Shown: in pieces, positions 27,748 through 37,068 of the stretch
How the letters are laid out: each line of letters begins with the position of its first letter
Numbering within the stretch: position 1 is the stretch's first letter
Source: an uncultured Clostridia bacterium
Lineage (GTDB): Bacteria; CAYTYR01; UBA6262
Direction: 5' to 3'
Length of the DNA: 51,730 nt
Assembly (NCBI GenBank): GCA_964441745.1
Contig: CAYTYR010000004.1
Span: 62,001 to 113,730 of the forward strand
Notes under the pieces: model-generated
What the model was told of the DNA's origin: nothing
What the model saw: the letters and a program-made list of their open reading frames with translations, nothing else
Database searches by the model: none
Program-made: the position numbers and the translations under genes

Positions 27748-29913
27748 ATGAAATTATTCCGTTCCCTGCGCAAAGATAAAAGACGTTATGAGATCTATGG
27801 TTTATTTTTAGTGACTGTATCTTTGTTAATTATTTTATCGCTGGTCCCTGGCCCGGGCGGAAAAAACTTCATTGGCGCATTTGGCCGTTATTTCTCTAAA
27901 TACCTGAAAGAAGTTTTTGGTTTATTCGGCGCCTATTTTATACCCTTGATCATGGTGGTCTGGGGTTATGAGCGGATCGAGCATGAAGAAGATGAAGGTC
28001 GGTTCTATGTGCAGATTGCCGGAGTATTGCTGCTGCTGGTTTCCAGCTGTACCCTGATCAGCCTGATCAAAGCTGATGAATATATCGCTTCCGGCATGTG
28101 GGGCGGATATGTCGGAACATTTTTCAGCAAGTTTTTGCGGCGGGGATTTGGCAATGTCGGCGCCGGCCTGCTGTTGGTCTTCAGCCTGACGGTGAGTATT
28201 GTCTTCACTACTGAGTTTTCACTGGTTGGATTTTTTAATATGCTCAAAGCAAAAATAGAAGATCTCCGGGAAATGAAGATATTTGCAAAAAGAGAATCAA
28301 CATCCAGGGAAGCTAAGCCGGTGATCCGAAAAACTAAAGAACTGCCGGATATAAAAGTTACGGATAAACCAGCTAAGCCCTTGATCCATCTTAACCAGGA
28401 ACGTAAACATGAAAAACCAACTATCAGCACACCGTCGTTAGCCAAGGCTGATCCGGCGCCTAAAAAACCCAGGATTGCCGGCACTTTCCAATTACCACCC
28501 ATGTCACTGCTTAATGACCGTAGTAAGGATAAGGTCCAAATGGATGAAGGAGAATTGCAGCAAAATGCCAATCTCCTGCAACAGACCCTGGCTAATTTTG
28601 GCATTGAGGCCCAGGTTGTGGAAATCCATCCCGGTCCGGTTATCACCCGCTACGACTTACAGCCCTCCAGCGGCGTAAAAGTAGGCCGGATCGTGGCTTT
28701 GCAGAATGATATTGCCCTGGCTTTGCGCGCGGCCCGGGTACGTATCCTGGCTCCTATTCCCGGTAAAAACGCGGTGGGTGTTGAGATCCCCAACTCCAAA
28801 CCGCAGGTTGTTTCTTTACGCGAAATATTTGAAAGCAAGGAGTTTCAGGCTGATGACAGCAAATTAACTCTGGCTCTGGGCAAGACTGTGTCTGGCCAGA
28901 CGACAGTCGCTGACCTGCAGGAAATGCCGCATTTGCTGATCGCCGGCACCACCGGCAGCGGCAAGAGCGTCTGCATCAATACCCTGATCGCCAGTATTGT
29001 TTATAAAGCTACCCCGGAAGAAGTAAAGTTCCTGATGATCGATCCAAAAACAGTAGAACTGCCTATTTATAACGGCATCCCGCATTTGCTGGCGCCGGTG
29101 ATCACCAGCGCTAAACAGGCAGCAGGAGCATTGCGGGGCATGGTTACGGAAATGGAACGCCGGTATAAAACTTTAGCCGGGGCGCGAGTCCGTAATATTG
29201 ACACCTTTAATAAGACTCCAGGCGTGGACAAAATGCCATACCTGGTTGTGATTATTGACGAATTAGCTGACTTGATGATGCTGGCCAGCGTGGAAGTGGA
29301 AGATACCATTATGCGTTTGGCCCAGATGGCGCGTGCCGTCGGTATTCATTTAATCCTGGCGACGCAGCGGCCGACGGTAGATGTTATTACCGGCGTCATC
29401 AAAGCCAATTTCCCAGCCCGTATCGCTTTTTATGTGCAAAACAAATTGGATTCGCGGATCATTCTTGATACTGGCGGGGCAGAAGAACTGGCCGGGCGCG
29501 GGGATATGCTTTTCCTGCCGCCGGGAGCGCCGGCTCCGGTCAGGCTGCAGGGAGCGCTGGTGACCGAAGATGAGATTACCCGGATCGTAGAATTCCTGTC
29601 CAAACAGGGACAGCCTGAATATAAGGAAGATATCATCCAGTCCGCCCAAAACACGGAAAGCGATAACCGTAAAATGGAAAAAGATGAGCGGTTCATGGAA
29701 GCGGTGAAATTGATCGTGAACAGCCGGCAGGCTTCTATCTCCCTGCTGCAGCGGCGGCTGGGCATAGGCTATAACCACGCCGGCCGGATCATTGACCAGC
29801 TGGAGCAGGAAGGCTTGATCGGACCGCCGGATGGAACTAAGCCGCGGGAAGTTTTAGCTGATGAAAGTTACCTTAGAGAATTGGAAAAACAAAATGAAAT
29901 CAATCCCGTTTAA
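27748..29913 (+). CDS. ftsK: DNA translocase FtsK
   Basis: 4TM N-domain, MPHLLIAGTTGSGKS, IIDELADLMM, ATQRP, gamma domain SISLLQRRL.IGYN.A. Confidence 0.97.
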   Translation: MKLFRSLRKDKRRYEIYGLFLVTVSLLIILSLVPGPGGKNFIGAFGRYFSKYLKEVFGLFGAYFIPLIMVVWGYERIEHEEDEGRFYVQIAGVLLLLVSSCTLISLIKADEYIASGMWGGYVGTFFSKFLRRGFGNVGAGLLLVFSLTVSIVFTTEFSLVGFFNMLKAKIEDLREMKIFAKRESTSREAKPVIRKTKELPDIKVTDKPAKPLIHLNQERKHEKPTISTPSLAKADPAPKKPRIAGTFQLPPMSLLNDRSKDKVQMDEGELQQNANLLQQTLANFGIEAQVVEIHPGPVITRYDLQPSSGVKVGRIVALQNDIALALRAARVRILAPIPGKNAVGVEIPNSKPQVVSLREIFESKEFQADDSKLTLALGKTVSGQTTVADLQEMPHLLIAGTTGSGKSVCINTLIASIVYKATPEEVKFLMIDPKTVELPIYNGIPHLLAPVITSAKQAAGALRGMVTEMERRYKTLAGARVRNIDTFNKTPGVDKMPYLVVIIDELADLMMLASVEVEDTIMRLAQMARAVGIHLILATQRPTVDVITGVIKANFPARIAFYVQNKLDSRIILDTGGAEELAGRGDMLFLPPGAPAPVRLQGALVTEDEITRIVEFLSKQGQPEYKEDIIQSAQNTESDNRKMEKDERFMEAVKLIVNSRQASISLLQRRLGIGYNHAGRIIDQLEQEGLIGPPDGTKPREVLADESYLRELEKQNEINPV

Positions 29914-30520
29914 ATTATTACTGATCAGTTTATTTTTTATTACCGGCTTGGCCTGGGCGGCAGAGCCGGTCTTGACTCCGCAGCAAATTTATGAAAATAT
30001 GCAGGCGCAGGAGAGCAAGATCAATGACCTGCAGTTTAATCTGAAACAGGTGATTGAACTCAAAGCGATCAAGGAACGGCAGGTGATCAAAGGCGCGATC
30101 ATCTATAAAAAGCCTGATTTACTGCATGTTGAATATACTGCTCCGACCCAGCAGCTGATCATCGCCAACAAGGATGACTTTGTATTATATATCCTGGAGC
30201 AAGGCCAATGGCAGGAAAATATGCGCCAAAAAGTTTCCAGTCTGATCGGTAAGCAGTGGAAGAGCGAATATGGATTATGGTCAGTAAGCGACTTAGCCAA
30301 GAATTATGAGGCTAAAGCTACTAAGGTAGGGGATAAAGCGATCTTGTGGCTGGAGCCTAAAGATAAAACCTATATGTTTAAGATGAAGATATTTGTGGAT
30401 ACCAAAAACTGGCTGCCTATTAAAACTACCTGGGAAGACGATAATCAGCTCATCACCAGCGAATTGCTCAATGTCAAAATGAACACCGGCGTGAAAGACG
30501 AATTGTTTAAGTTTAAATAG
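29894..30520 (+). CDS. lolA: Outer-membrane lipoprotein carrier LolA-like protein
   Basis: Signal peptide (AWA), G...YKKP..L..EY..P..Q.II, C-terminal N.GV.DELFKF; conserved position after ftsK. Confidence 0.75.
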   Translation: MKSIPFKLLLISLFFITGLAWAAEPVLTPQQIYENMQAQESKINDLQFNLKQVIELKAIKERQVIKGAIIYKKPDLLHVEYTAPTQQLIIANKDDFVLYILEQGQWQENMRQKVSSLIGKQWKSEYGLWSVSDLAKNYEAKATKVGDKAILWLEPKDKTYMFKMKIFVDTKNWLPIKTTWEDDNQLITSELLNVKMNTGVKDELFKFK

Positions 30521-30530
30521 TTTTTAAGAG

Positions 30531-30651
30531 CAATTCCAAATTACAAATTCCATCGCTACGCTTATTCTAAATTTAGGTTTTTATCATATAATGTCAAACC
30601 TTAATTTGGCATAAGTCCCGCAGGGATGATGTAATTTAGAATTTAGTATTT
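30531..30651. repeat. ~120 nt nested hairpin element with heptamer-repeat ends
   Basis: CAATTCC AAATTAC AAATTCC ... GTAATTT AGAATTT AGTATTT ends. Inner pairings CTTAT/ATAAG and AAATTTAGGTTT/AAACCTTAATTT. Confidence 0.7.
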
Positions 30652-30664
30652 TAGGAGAGAAGAA

Positions 30665-31039
30665 TTGGACCTATTTATCGGCACTACATTATCAGAAGCA
30701 AGAAAACAAAAAAAACTAAACCTGAAGAAGATAGCCCTGGAAACCAAGATATCTTTCCGCTACCTGCAAGCCTTGGAAGCGGAAAACTATGATGTTTTTC
30801 CGGCCGAAGTATATCTTAAGGGCTTTTTGCGTACCTATGCGCAATATTTGGGTCTGGATGGCGATGAGATGGTCCGTGCTTATAACCGTCAGCATAGCCA
30901 ACCGGCGGATTTAATAACCACTGCATCTGTCCCGGCGACAATAATTATTCCGAAGATCAATACCCGCCTTTTGGTCTGGTCCATTACTGCTATTATTGCC
31001 ATCATTCTGGTCTTGATCCTGATCCTGCGGCCGCAATAA
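30665..31039 (+). CDS. rodZ: RodZ-like HTH membrane protein (cytoplasmic HTH + TM only)
   Basis: IG..L..AR, TKI..RYL.ALE..Y..FP..VY.KGFLRTYA.YLGLD, C-terminal TM helix; lies between lolA and rimO. Confidence 0.75.
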   Translation: MDLFIGTTLSEARKQKKLNLKKIALETKISFRYLQALEAENYDVFPAEVYLKGFLRTYAQYLGLDGDEMVRAYNRQHSQPADLITTASVPATIIIPKINTRLLVWSITAIIAIILVLILILRPQ

Positions 31040-32292
31040 TGGCTAAAGTCAGTATTATCAATCTTGGGTGTCCTAAAAATCTGGTGGATGCGGAATTTCT
31101 ACTGGGAAGCTGGCAGGAACAAGGACATCAGGTTATCATAGAACCGGCCAAAGCAGATATTGTCATTGTTAATACCTGTTCATTTATCCGCAGCGCCAAA
31201 GAAGAGTCGATTGAAGCCATCCTCAAAATTGCCGCGCTGAAAAAAAAGGGGAAAATAAAAAAAATTGTGGTAGCCGGCTGCTTGGTCCGGGAGCTTGGGC
31301 TCGAACTGGCCAAGACTCTGCCGGAAGTGGATGTTTTCTATCGGCAACTACCAGCTTATTTACCGGCACATTCAGCAGCTCGTTACCAGCTGACCCCGTC
31401 ATTTTCCGCCTATGTGAAAATATGCGATGGTTGTGATAATAATTGTTCTTATTGCCTGATTCCGTCAATCAGGGGAAGATTCCGCAGCCGGACCAGTGCG
31501 GATATTGTGGCTGAAGCAAAAGATCTGGTCAAGCAGGGTGTGCGTGAAATAAACCTAATCGGACAGGATATTACAAATTTTGGCTCTGATCTATACCAAC
31601 GACGGAGCCTGGCCGGATTGTTGAAGCAGCTGGTAAAAATCAGGGATCTGCGCTGGCTGCGCTTGCTTTATGCGCATCCTGCCCATCTGGACCGGGAAAT
31701 TATCCAGATCCTGGCCCGGGGAAAAAAGATTTGCCAGTACATTGATCTGCCGCTGCAGCATATTAATGATACTATCCTGCGGCAAATGAACCGCCGGGTT
31801 ACCCGCCGGCAAATTGAAAAATTACTGCAAGAGATCCGTCGTACTGTTCCGGAAGCAGTTCTGCGCACTACCTTCATTGTCGGTTTCCCTGGAGAAACTG
31901 ATAGGCAGTTTCAGGAACTTTATGATTTTGTACGGGATACCAGGTTTGACCGCCTGGGGGTTTTTGCTTATTCCCGGGAAAAGGGGACGACGGCCGCGGG
32001 CTTACCCGGGCAAGTCCCTGAAAAAGTCAAACAGCAGCGGCTCAATAAAATAATGCAGCTCCAGCAAAAGATCGCCCTGGCCAATAACCTTAAAATGATC
32101 GGCAAAGAATTAACAGTCCTCATCGAAGGACAGGACCAAAAAGGATGTTACCATGGTCGCAGTCAGTATGACGCACCGGAGATAGACAACCAGGTACTGG
32201 TGTATTCATCAACAAAGCTCAGAACCGGCTCTTTTGTTAGAGTTAATATTACTAAAGCCTTACCTTACGACTTAATAGGAGAACCCGTATGA
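31039..32292 (+). CDS. rimO: Ribosomal protein S12 methylthiotransferase
   Basis: LGCPKNLVDAE, NTCSFI, GCDNNCSYCLIP, LRTTFIVGFPGET, DAPEID TRAM domain. Confidence 0.96.
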   Translation: MAKVSIINLGCPKNLVDAEFLLGSWQEQGHQVIIEPAKADIVIVNTCSFIRSAKEESIEAILKIAALKKKGKIKKIVVAGCLVRELGLELAKTLPEVDVFYRQLPAYLPAHSAARYQLTPSFSAYVKICDGCDNNCSYCLIPSIRGRFRSRTSADIVAEAKDLVKQGVREINLIGQDITNFGSDLYQRRSLAGLLKQLVKIRDLRWLRLLYAHPAHLDREIIQILARGKKICQYIDLPLQHINDTILRQMNRRVTRRQIEKLLQEIRRTVPEAVLRTTFIVGFPGETDRQFQELYDFVRDTRFDRLGVFAYSREKGTTAAGLPGQVPEKVKQQRLNKIMQLQQKIALANNLKMIGKELTVLIEGQDQKGCYHGRSQYDAPEIDNQVLVYSSTKLRTGSFVRVNITKALPYDLIGEPV

Positions 32293-32891
32293 ATCTAGCC
32301 AATAAGCTTACTTTCCTGCGAATTGCCTTGGTCCCGGTCTTTATGCTATTTATATTTATTGACCATCCCTTGACCAGGTTACTGGCGTTAGTCATCTTTA
32401 TTGGCGCATCACTCACGGACTTATATGACGGCTGGCTGGCGCGCCGGCATAATTATATTACGGACTTGGGCAAATTTATGGATCCCCTGGCAGATAAACT
32501 GCTGGTATCGGCAGCATTTATTTCTTTTGTGGAGTTGCAGGAACTGAGTATTCCGGCTTGGATGGTGATCGTGATCATCAGCCGGGAATTCATTATTACC
32601 GGCCTGAGGACATTGGCTGCTTCTAAAGGTAAGGTACTGGCTGCCAGCCGGGCCGGCAAGTATAAGACTACTTCGCAAATGACCAGCATCATTATTATCC
32701 TGATCATCCTGGCGTTAAATGCCATGTACAAAGGCGGCTATATTAATTTAAAATTTGAGAACTTTGACTGGTATTTTATCACCCAGTCTATCTGCTACTG
32801 GCTGATGGCCCTGACCACACTATTAACTGCTATCTCGGGAGTCAGTTATATTTATAAATATAAAAACTTGTTTCTCGAGGAATCACAGTGA
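32289..32891 (+). CDS. pgsA: CDP-diacylglycerol--glycerol-3-phosphate 3-phosphatidyltransferase
   Basis: N.LT..RI, TD.YDG.LAR, GKFMDPLADK. Confidence 0.96.
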   Translation: MNLANKLTFLRIALVPVFMLFIFIDHPLTRLLALVIFIGASLTDLYDGWLARRHNYITDLGKFMDPLADKLLVSAAFISFVELQELSIPAWMVIVIISREFIITGLRTLAASKGKVLAASRAGKYKTTSQMTSIIIILIILALNAMYKGGYINLKFENFDWYFITQSICYWLMALTTLLTAISGVSYIYKYKNLFLEESQ

Positions 32892-33337
32892 GATCATTAG
32901 CCAAATTGCTGGCTACCTGTTTTTATCTCGGTTATATTCCTATCGCTCCGGGTACCTTGGGTGGCAGTTTAATAGGGGCGGGGATTTACCTGTTAATTTA
33001 TCAGAATAATATTATTAATTTAGCAGTAACCGTAGCGATAACAATTTTAGCCATTTGGAGCAGTGGCCAGGCTGAAGCGATACTAGGGAAGAAAGACGAC
33101 CAGCGCATTGTCATTGATGAAACCGCGGGGATGCTGATTGCCATGCTTTGGCTGCCGGAAAAAAGTTTATTATACCTGGGACTAGGATTTGTTGTTTTCC
33201 GGGTGATGGATATAGTCAAGCCGCTGGGCATTAAGAGGTTGCAGGCGATCAAAGGCGGCTGGGGAGTAGTGGCAGATGATCTCGCCGCCGGCCTCGTCAC
33301 CAACATCATCCTGCGCATCGTCATGAAGACTGTGTAG
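32888..33337 (+). CDS. pgpA: Phosphatidylglycerophosphatase A
   Basis: P.APGT.G, D...IVIDE..G, FR..DI.KP, GG.GVVADDL.AG. Confidence 0.95.
   Translation: MRSLAKLLATCFYLGYIPIAPGTLGGSLIGAGIYLLIYQNNIINLAVTVAITILAIWSSGQAEAILGKKDDQRIVIDETAGMLIAMLWLPEKSLLYLGLGFVVFRVMDIVKPLGIKRLQAIKGGWGVVADDLAAGLVTNIILRIVMKTV
33272..33337 (+). repeat. Copy 1 of a ~66 nt imperfect direct repeat (3' end of pgpA)
   Basis: GCAGATGATCTCGCCGCCGGCCTCGTCACCAACATCATCCTGCGCATCGTCATGAAGACTGTGTAG aligns with 34221-34285. Confidence 0.85.
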
Positions 33338-33380
33338 AAAAGTAACAGTATTAGCGCTTGACGAGTCAAACAGGAATATT

Positions 33381-33635
33381 ATGCGGAAACAAGACACTAA
33401 TCCTAAAATAGAAAAAGTATTGATCGGTATGATCCGTAATCTTCCGCCTTGGAAGAAATGCCAGCAGGTCAGCCGGATGACGCAGTCTTGCCGCCAGCTG
33501 GCCCTGGCTGGCTTAAGAGACAGGTATCCTCATGCTTCTGAAGAGGAACTGTGCAGGAAATTAGCTGTCTTATGGTTAGGTAAAGAATTAGCCGTCAAAG
33601 TCTATGGTTGGGATCCTGGGAAGGGAAACAGATGA
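33381..33635 (+). CDS. Small helical protein, putative antitoxin partner of the downstream nucleotidyltransferase
   Basis: 84 aa (DT.P.IE....R.LPP..K...LAGLR.RYP.ASEEEL); ATGA overlap with the next gene. Confidence 0.65.
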   Translation: MRKQDTNPKIEKVLIGMIRNLPPWKKCQQVSRMTQSCRQLALAGLRDRYPHASEEELCRKLAVLWLGKELAVKVYGWDPGKGNR

Positions 33636-34210
33636 CAGAAGATAATCCTATTCAGGTAATACTTACCATAACCGGGATTTTTGAGAGGATGGGTATTCTC
33701 TATCTAATTGGCGGTTCTTTGGCCAGTTCTATTCATGGAGAGGCCAGAGCGACACGCGATGTGGATATTGTTGCGGCTATCGAAACAAAAAATATAAAGG
33801 GATTAGTCAATAGTTTGAAGGATAAATATTATGTCGATGATGAAATGATTCGTGAAGCAGTCAAGCGTAAAAGTTCTTTTAATATTATCCATTTTGAATC
33901 TCAATTTAAGGTGGATGTGTATGTATTAAAACAGGAAGCATTCAGTTTGGAAGAATTTAAAAGAAGAAGGAAAATAGCTTTAGATCAAAACTCAGAGTCA
34001 GCTGCGTTTTTCGCTACTGCTGAAGATACCATCCTTAGTAAATTAGTGTGGTTTAAGAAGGGTGGGGAAATATCGGACCGGCAGTGGAATGATATTGCCG
34101 GAGTGGTAAAAGTACAGCAGAATCGCTTGGATAAAAAATATCTGAAACATTGGGCGCAGATATTGGATGTGGCGGAATTATGGGAACGCATCTTGCGGGA
34201 AAATAAGTGA
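33632..34210 (+). CDS. DNA pol beta-superfamily nucleotidyltransferase, putative toxin
   Basis: YLIGGSLA...G..R.TRDVDIV (G[GS]...DxD), KVDVY, ED.ILSKL.W, RQWNDI. Start ATG 33632. Confidence 0.75.
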   Translation: MTEDNPIQVILTITGIFERMGILYLIGGSLASSIHGEARATRDVDIVAAIETKNIKGLVNSLKDKYYVDDEMIREAVKRKSSFNIIHFESQFKVDVYVLKQEAFSLEEFKRRRKIALDQNSESAAFFATAEDTILSKLVWFKKGGEISDRQWNDIAGVVKVQQNRLDKKYLKHWAQILDVAELWERILRENK

Positions 34211-34220
34211 TATTTTCGCC

Positions 34221-34285
34221 GCAGATGACGTCGCCGCCGCCTTGTCACCAACATTAGCCTGCGCGTTGTTATGAAAATAGTATAA
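34221..34285 (+). pseudogene. Degenerate remnant of the pgpA 3' end (copy 2 of the repeat)
   Basis: Reads ADDVAA[1-nt deletion]LVTNISLRVVMKIV* versus pgpA ADDLAAGLVTNIILRIVMKTV*. By hand count, 52/66 nt are identical. Confidence 0.8.
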
Positions 34286-34541
34286 AGTATTGGCTCGCTG
34301 TCACGCTGCGCCGTTTTCCGCCACTAAAGCGTTGGCGGACGCAGCGAAAATCGTGTATATAATAGCTTGAATTTGATGTAAGCAAATTCACCCGCCGATC
34401 TTTTTGGAGGGCCGAACGTTTTCTTCACTGGCATCAGCGGCCGCGCTCGCCTCTTCTCAATCATATAGATCAGGGAACTGGTCATTATTTTGAGCGAGCT
34501 TGTAATCTGTGTAATCAAACTTCAAAGGGAGGAAAAGTTTT

Positions 34542-35597
34542 ATGGCAAAAGAAGTAGAAAAGACCAAAGAAACAGAAAAAGATAAAGCATTGGAATTAGC
34601 CATTGCCCAGATCGAGAAACAGTTCGGCAAAGGCGCGATCATGAAATTAGGCAAGGACGCGCACGTTCCCGTCGAAGTTATCCCTACCGGTTCGCTGATG
34701 CTGGACATTGCTATCGGTGTCGGCGGTATACCTCGTGGCCGGGTAATTGAGATATTCGGTCCGGAATCCAGCGGCAAAACCACTATCTGTCTCCATATCA
34801 TCGCTGAAGCGCAGAGAAAGGGCAGTACAGCGGCTTTTATTGATGTCGAGCATGCGCTAGACCCAGGTTATGCGAAACGAATTGGCGTCAATATTGAAGG
34901 CCTGCTGGTGTCCCAGCCAAACTCTGGGGAAGAAGCCTTGGAAATCGCCGAAACCCTGGTACGGAGCGGCGCTTGCGATGTTATCGTAGTGGATTCAGTG
35001 GCCGCGCTGGTGACCCGGGCAGAGCTGGAAGGCGAAATGGGTGATTCGCATATGGGTGTGCAAGCCAGGCTGATGAGCCAGGCCCTGCGTAAATTAACCT
35101 CAGCCATCAATCATACTAAATCTTGCGTGATCTTCACTAACCAATTACGCGAAAAGATCGGCATCATGTTCGGTAATCCGGAAGTGACTCCCGGCGGCCG
35201 GGCGCTTAAATTCTATGCTTCGCTGCGCCTGGATATCCGCCGCATTGAAAATCTCAAGGTCGGGGATGCTGTGGTCGGCGCCAGAGTGCGGATAAAAGTA
35301 GTCAAAAATAAAGTCGCGCCTCCATTCCGCCAGGCTGAATTTGAAATGTTCTATAATGAAGGCATTAACAAAGCCGGAGACCTGCTGGACGCGGCGGTTG
35401 AGGAAAAGATCATTGACAAGAGCGGTACCTGGTTCGTCTATGGGGAAAAGCGCCTGGGCCAGGGACGTGACAATGCCAAAGCCTATTTGACTGAGCATCC
35501 GGAAGATTTTGCGGAGATCGATAAGAAAATACGCGCTAAATTCGCGCCGGAAGCAAAAGAAAAAGAGAAAGAAAAAGAAAAAGAGGCCAAGAAATAG
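34542..35597 (+). CDS. recA: Recombinase RecA
   Basis: [43 protein letters not shown]. Confidence 0.99.
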   Translation: MAKEVEKTKETEKDKALELAIAQIEKQFGKGAIMKLGKDAHVPVEVIPTGSLMLDIAIGVGGIPRGRVIEIFGPESSGKTTICLHIIAEAQRKGSTAAFIDVEHALDPGYAKRIGVNIEGLLVSQPNSGEEALEIAETLVRSGACDVIVVDSVAALVTRAELEGEMGDSHMGVQARLMSQALRKLTSAINHTKSCVIFTNQLREKIGIMFGNPEVTPGGRALKFYASLRLDIRRIENLKVGDAVVGARVRIKVVKNKVAPPFRQAEFEMFYNEGINKAGDLLDAAVEEKIIDKSGTWFVYGEKRLGQGRDNAKAYLTEHPEDFAEIDKKIRAKFAPEAKEKEKEKEKEAKK

Positions 35598-36169
35598 TGA
35601 CAGAACCGCAGGTCAAGATCGAAACCATACCCGTTGGCTCCCTGCAGACTAATTGTTACCTGGTATATGATGAGGAATCAAAACAGGGCGCGGTCATTGA
35701 CCCGGGTGATGAAGTAGAAAAAATATTAGCCTTGATCAAGGCCCGGCAGGTAACAGTCCGGTCCATTGTCCACACTCATGGCCATTACGACCATACCGGT
35801 GCCAGTGAAGCCCTGCGGCGCGTAACCAAAGCTAAGATTATGATCCATCAGGCTGATGTTGACCTGGCTGGATTCACGCCGGAAGCTTTTTTGCATGACG
35901 GCGAGACCATCTTCCTTGGCCCGCTGGAATTCAAGGTGCTCCATACTCCGGGACATACGCCTGGTGGTATTTCCCTGGTGGGAAAAGGAATTGCTTTTAC
36001 CGGGGATACTTTGTTCAATAACGGTGTTGGCCGGAGCGATTTTACCGGCGGTAATGAAACCGCCTTATGGCAAAGCATCCGGCAAAAATTATTTACCTTG
36101 CCTCCGGAAACAGTTATCTATCCCGGACATGGGCCGGCTTCCACTATCGGCCAGGAGAAGAAAGCATAG
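35597..36169 (+). CDS. MBL-fold metallohydrolase (glyoxalase II-like)
   Basis: THGHYDH, HTPGHTPG, FTGDTLF, YPGHG. Confidence 0.93.
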   Translation: MTEPQVKIETIPVGSLQTNCYLVYDEESKQGAVIDPGDEVEKILALIKARQVTVRSIVHTHGHYDHTGASEALRRVTKAKIMIHQADVDLAGFTPEAFLHDGETIFLGPLEFKVLHTPGHTPGGISLVGKGIAFTGDTLFNNGVGRSDFTGGNETALWQSIRQKLFTLPPETVIYPGHGPASTIGQEKKA

Positions 36170-37059
36170 TGCTAGCAGAGCTGATCAGCAGGTATTTGCA
36201 GTATGTAACCGTAGAAAAAGGTTTGAGCCGCAATACGATCGAAGCTTATCAGCGGGATTTGACCTATTATAATCGTTTTTTAAAAGCGCGCCAGGTTGAT
36301 ACTCTGGGGTCGATCACGGAAAAAACGGTTTTTGATTATCTGGTCAGCCGCCGGCAGGGAAATTTGCAGGCAGCCAGTATTGCCCGTTCCTTGGTCACTA
36401 TCAGGAATTTTCACCAGTTTCTGCTGCAGGAGAATATTTCTGCTAAAGATCCGACAGAGAACCTGGATGCTCCCAAACTGGAAAAGCATTTACCTAAAAC
36501 CTTAAGCAGCGCGCAAGTAGAGAAGCTGCTCAACCAGCCGGATCTGACCAGTACTCTGGGCTTCCGGGACCGGACGATATTGGAATTAATGTATGCCAGC
36601 GGCCTGCGTATCTCTGAGGTCATTAAACTGGAAGAGGATAATATTGACCTGTCCGTGGCTTATGTGCGTTGCTTTGGCAAGGGCGGCAAAGAAAGGATAG
36701 TGCCGCTCGGTAAGACCGCGGTACAGTTCCTGAAACAATATAAGAAGTCGATCCGGTTAAAACTGCTCAAACCTGGCTCCCTGGACAAGGCTTTGTTTGT
36801 CACCCAGCAAGGCCGTGAATTTTCCCGCACCGGCTTATGGAAGGTAATAAAAAAATATGGCCGGCAAAGCGGTATCCCGAAACTGACGCCGCATCTGCTC
36901 CGGCATTCCTTTGCCACTCATTTGCTGGAGCATGGAGCTGACTTGCGCTCGATCCAGGAAATGCTGGGTCATTCCAGCATAGCGACGACCCAGATCTATA
37001 CCAGTATTGCCAAAGAAGGATTAAAGAGAATACACAAGAAATATCATCCGCGAGGTTAA
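36169..37059 (+). CDS. xerD: Site-specific tyrosine recombinase XerD
   Basis: EKGLSRNTIEAYQRDL, RDR.ILELMYASGLRISE, GKGGKER, HLLRHSFATH, LGHSSIATTQIY, HPRG. GTG 36169 overlaps the upstream stop. Confidence 0.92.
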   Translation: MLAELISRYLQYVTVEKGLSRNTIEAYQRDLTYYNRFLKARQVDTLGSITEKTVFDYLVSRRQGNLQAASIARSLVTIRNFHQFLLQENISAKDPTENLDAPKLEKHLPKTLSSAQVEKLLNQPDLTSTLGFRDRTILELMYASGLRISEVIKLEEDNIDLSVAYVRCFGKGGKERIVPLGKTAVQFLKQYKKSIRLKLLKPGSLDKALFVTQQGREFSRTGLWKVIKKYGRQSGIPKLTPHLLRHSFATHLLEHGADLRSIQEMLGHSSIATTQIYTSIAKEGLKRIHKKYHPRG

Positions 37060-37068
37060 AATATTACC

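Noticed and set aside
34412-34427. LexA/SOS box (CGAACGTTTTCTTC) upstream of recA
   Set aside because: It fits neither GAAC-N4-GTTC nor CTGT-N8-ACAG; only a half-site is present.
34445-34499. SRP RNA suggested by a GGAA-capped stem
   Set aside because: The conserved CAGG...GGAA...GCAGC internal loop of helix 8 is absent.
36169-37059. Tyrosine recombinase as the integrase of a mobile element or of the pgpA islet
   Set aside because: It has XerD-specific N-terminal and C-terminal (HPRG) signatures, is translationally coupled to housekeeping genes, and has no att sites or phage genes nearby.
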